Of a stretch of DNA of 64,000 bases, positions 63,423 through 64,000 are shown piece after piece (within the stretch, counting starts at the first letter, position 1; each line of letters opens with the position of its first letter). The DNA comes from Oscillospiraceae bacterium (GTDB taxonomy: Bacteria; Bacillota; Clostridia; Oscillospirales; CAG-272). The stretch is taken from assembly GCA_015064385.1 (NCBI GenBank), contig SVSI01000009.1:126-64125 (forward strand). The letters are read 5' to 3'. Made by a program: the position numbers and the translations under genes. Below the pieces are notes generated by a model. The model ran no database searches. It was not told the origin of the DNA and saw only the letters and a list, made by a program, of their open reading frames with translations.

Positions 63423-63914
63423 ATGGCAAACAGAGTATTAAAGGAAAAGAAAACGAGATTTAATCTCGTTGACTTCATAATAATCGCAGTAGTTATTGCC
63501 TGCATAATCGCCACCGTTTTCAGAGGAGCTATAATAGATAAGCTGAGATTTGCAACAAGCGCGGATACGGTCGAGATCTCCTTCTGCGCCGAAAATCTTA
63601 CCGAGCAGGACCTTGTATTTATAGCCGTTGGAGACGAGCTTTCGCTTGACCGAGAGTCCTTCGGAACTGTTAAGGACTATAAGGTAAAGGAGCGCCAGTC
63701 GGTAGTAGTACCGTCGCAGGACGGCACCGGCTTTGAGATCGCTACCGACAGCAGTCGCTATACGGTAACGGGAACTCTTGAGATAAAGGGTCAAAATACC
63801 GACGAGGGCTTCTTCTTCGGCAAGGACACTCATATCGGAGTGGGTAAAGTGCTGAATCTTGAAGGCAAAAACTACAATATTTCTATTGTTATTACCAAAA
63901 TAACGGAAAACTAA
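63423..63914 (+). CDS. DUF4330-like single-pass membrane protein (paralog B)
   Basis: Same layout as the previous gene (FNLVDFIIIAVVIACIIATVF). 4-nt intergenic gap. Confidence 0.55.
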   Translation: MANRVLKEKKTRFNLVDFIIIAVVIACIIATVFRGAIIDKLRFATSADTVEISFCAENLTEQDLVFIAVGDELSLDRESFGTVKDYKVKERQSVVVPSQDGTGFEIATDSSRYTVTGTLEIKGQNTDEGFFFGKDTHIGVGKVLNLEGKNYNISIVITKITEN

Positions 63915-63936
63915 GCCAAAAGTTTACAAAAACTAT

Positions 63937-63964
63937 TGATTTTAGCGTTTTAATGTGTTATACT
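63937..63964 (+). promoter_or_regulatory. sigma-A promoter for a gene starting at the window edge
   Basis: TTGATT (63937-63942), 16 bp spacer, TGtTATACT (63956-63964). Confidence 0.5.
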
Positions 63965-64000
63965 GATGCTAAAGTAGAAAGGAATGGTATGTAAGATGAT

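Noticed and set aside
1-64000. I scanned the intergenic regions for tRNA or rRNA genes, CRISPR arrays, IS elements or transposases, integrases, DnaA-box clusters and known defence genes.
   Set aside because: None was seen. Intergenic regions over 100 bp are accounted for by promoters, terminators and the SRP RNA. Only isolated partial TTATCCACA-like words occur (for example near 246 and 4560), with no cluster.

Overview
A 64 kb chromosomal segment, roughly 50% GC by eye, that looks like a spore-forming Firmicute of Clostridia type. I count about 58 protein genes and one SRP RNA. I saw no rRNA, tRNA, CRISPR array, transposase, integrase or recognisable defence gene. Most of the window is core housekeeping in familiar Firmicute gene orders: gpr; rlmB; hisS-aspS; mutS2-recO-era-ybeY-phoH-yqfD-yqfC (reading along the + strand; all on the minus strand); ffs-dnaX-ybaB-recR; a minus-strand run yybS-gdpP-rplI-dnaB-tilS-ftsH; and rimM-trmD. 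Many intergenic regions carry near-consensus sigma-A promoters (TTGACA-like, 16-17 bp spacer, TGnTATAAT). Convergent gene junctions carry strong bidirectional terminator hairpins. I did not find a clear multi-gene novel system. The items most worth a second look are: (1) a 720-aa membrane protein with the layout of a P-type ATPase in which each catalytic signature is substituted (DKTGT -> NDTDV), so probably a pseudo-enzyme; (2) a monocistronic 961-aa cytoplasmic orphan protein with its own promoter and terminators; (3, 4) two exported or membrane-protein genes with intact expression signals, each interrupted by one in-frame stop in the first 30 codons (TAA at 11625, TAG at 36734); (5) a tandem triplication of lipoproteins with a BNR/Asp-box sialidase fold, including a near-identical tract between copies 2 and 3; (6) a small AT-rich two-gene islet (ribbon-helix-helix protein plus DUF2493/SLOG-like protein) bracketed by terminators; (7) an M23/LytM-domain protein whose metal ligands are substituted. 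All family assignments come from motif recognition by eye. No database search was run.
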